Of a stretch of DNA of 64,000 nt, positions 63,212 through 64,000 are shown in pieces. The notes under the pieces were generated by a model. That model saw only the letters and a program-made list of their open reading frames with translations. It ran no database searches and was not told the origin of the DNA. Each line of letters opens with the position of its first letter. Position 1 is the first letter of the stretch. The position numbers were made by a program, and so were the translations under genes. Source of the stretch: Octopus vulgaris (lineage: Eukaryota); contig OX597820.1 of the NCBI GenBank assembly GCA_951406725.2, forward strand, positions 36,146,001 through 36,210,000. Direction: 5' to 3'.

Positions 63212-64000
63212 GTACAGTAATTCTCAAAGCTATTTCACTTAACATCACTACACACGAAGCCACACTTCCTGCATACCACTGTGTCAGTTTCAAGCCAACT
63301 GAGATCCATAGCAATGACTAACCATGGCTCTTTTTAAACTGATCAGACATTCATACATAACGATTTCAAATTTTGGCTCAAAGCCAACAAGTTCAGGGAA
63401 TGGGATAAGTTGATTACATCAACCCTGAAATGATGAAAGGCAAAGTCAACCTCGGTGGAATTTGCAATTCAGAACATGAAGACAGATGAAATACTGCTCA
63501 GCATTTTGCCTGGTGTGCTAACAATTCTGCCTGCTCATCACCTTTAGACATTCATGTGGAGGCACGTGGCTTAGTGGTTAGGGTGTTGAACTCATGATCG
63601 TAAGGTTGTGGTTTCAATTCCTGGACCGGGCGATGTGTTGTGTTCTTGAGCAAAATACTTCATTTCACATTGCTCCAGTCCACTCAGCTAGCAAAAATGA
63701 GTAATCCTGCGATGGACCGGCATCCCATCCAGGTGAGGAATTTCTACGCCACTGAAACTGGGAAACTGGCCCTTATGAGCCTGGCATGGCTCGAGAAGGA
63801 ACATTTTTATCTATTTTAGACATTCATACATAATAAGTGCTGATTGAGTAAAAATAGATTAAAAGTTCAAATGCTACAATTATATCAAATGTAATTTATC
63901 ATTGTTGTCATCATCATCATCGTTGTTGTCATCATTGTTATCATCATCAGCAGCAGCAGCACCATCAGCAGTATTGTTGTCATCTCTTAATGTCCATCTT

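Overview
AT-rich, microsatellite- and transposon-dense animal DNA. The SINE/LINE repertoire suggests an octopus (inference). The backbone is one + strand coiled-coil gene resembling CCDC178: 14 GT-AG exons from 12059 to 63211 that join in phase without stops. Neither the start nor the stop was found. Its fourth visible intron holds an intronless, 5'-truncated but open copy of the exportin-T (XPOT) C-terminus. The rest is transposon relics: R4/Dong, RTE, CR1, Tx1, a nearly intact Penelope-like element, hAT, mariner, maT, piggyBac- and Merlin-like MITEs, a Helitron-like element and tRNA-type SINEs. The most interesting hidden layer is a set of type I hammerhead-ribozyme motifs. One lies in a 351-bp, 1.4-copy tandem unit with a 12-bp TSD, which looks like a non-LTR retrozyme (circular RNA retroelement). 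Several more, intact or decayed, lie in fold-back elements within (TA)n tracts and next to the Penelope element. All calls were made by eye, and repeat boundaries are approximate unless TIRs or TSDs are quoted.
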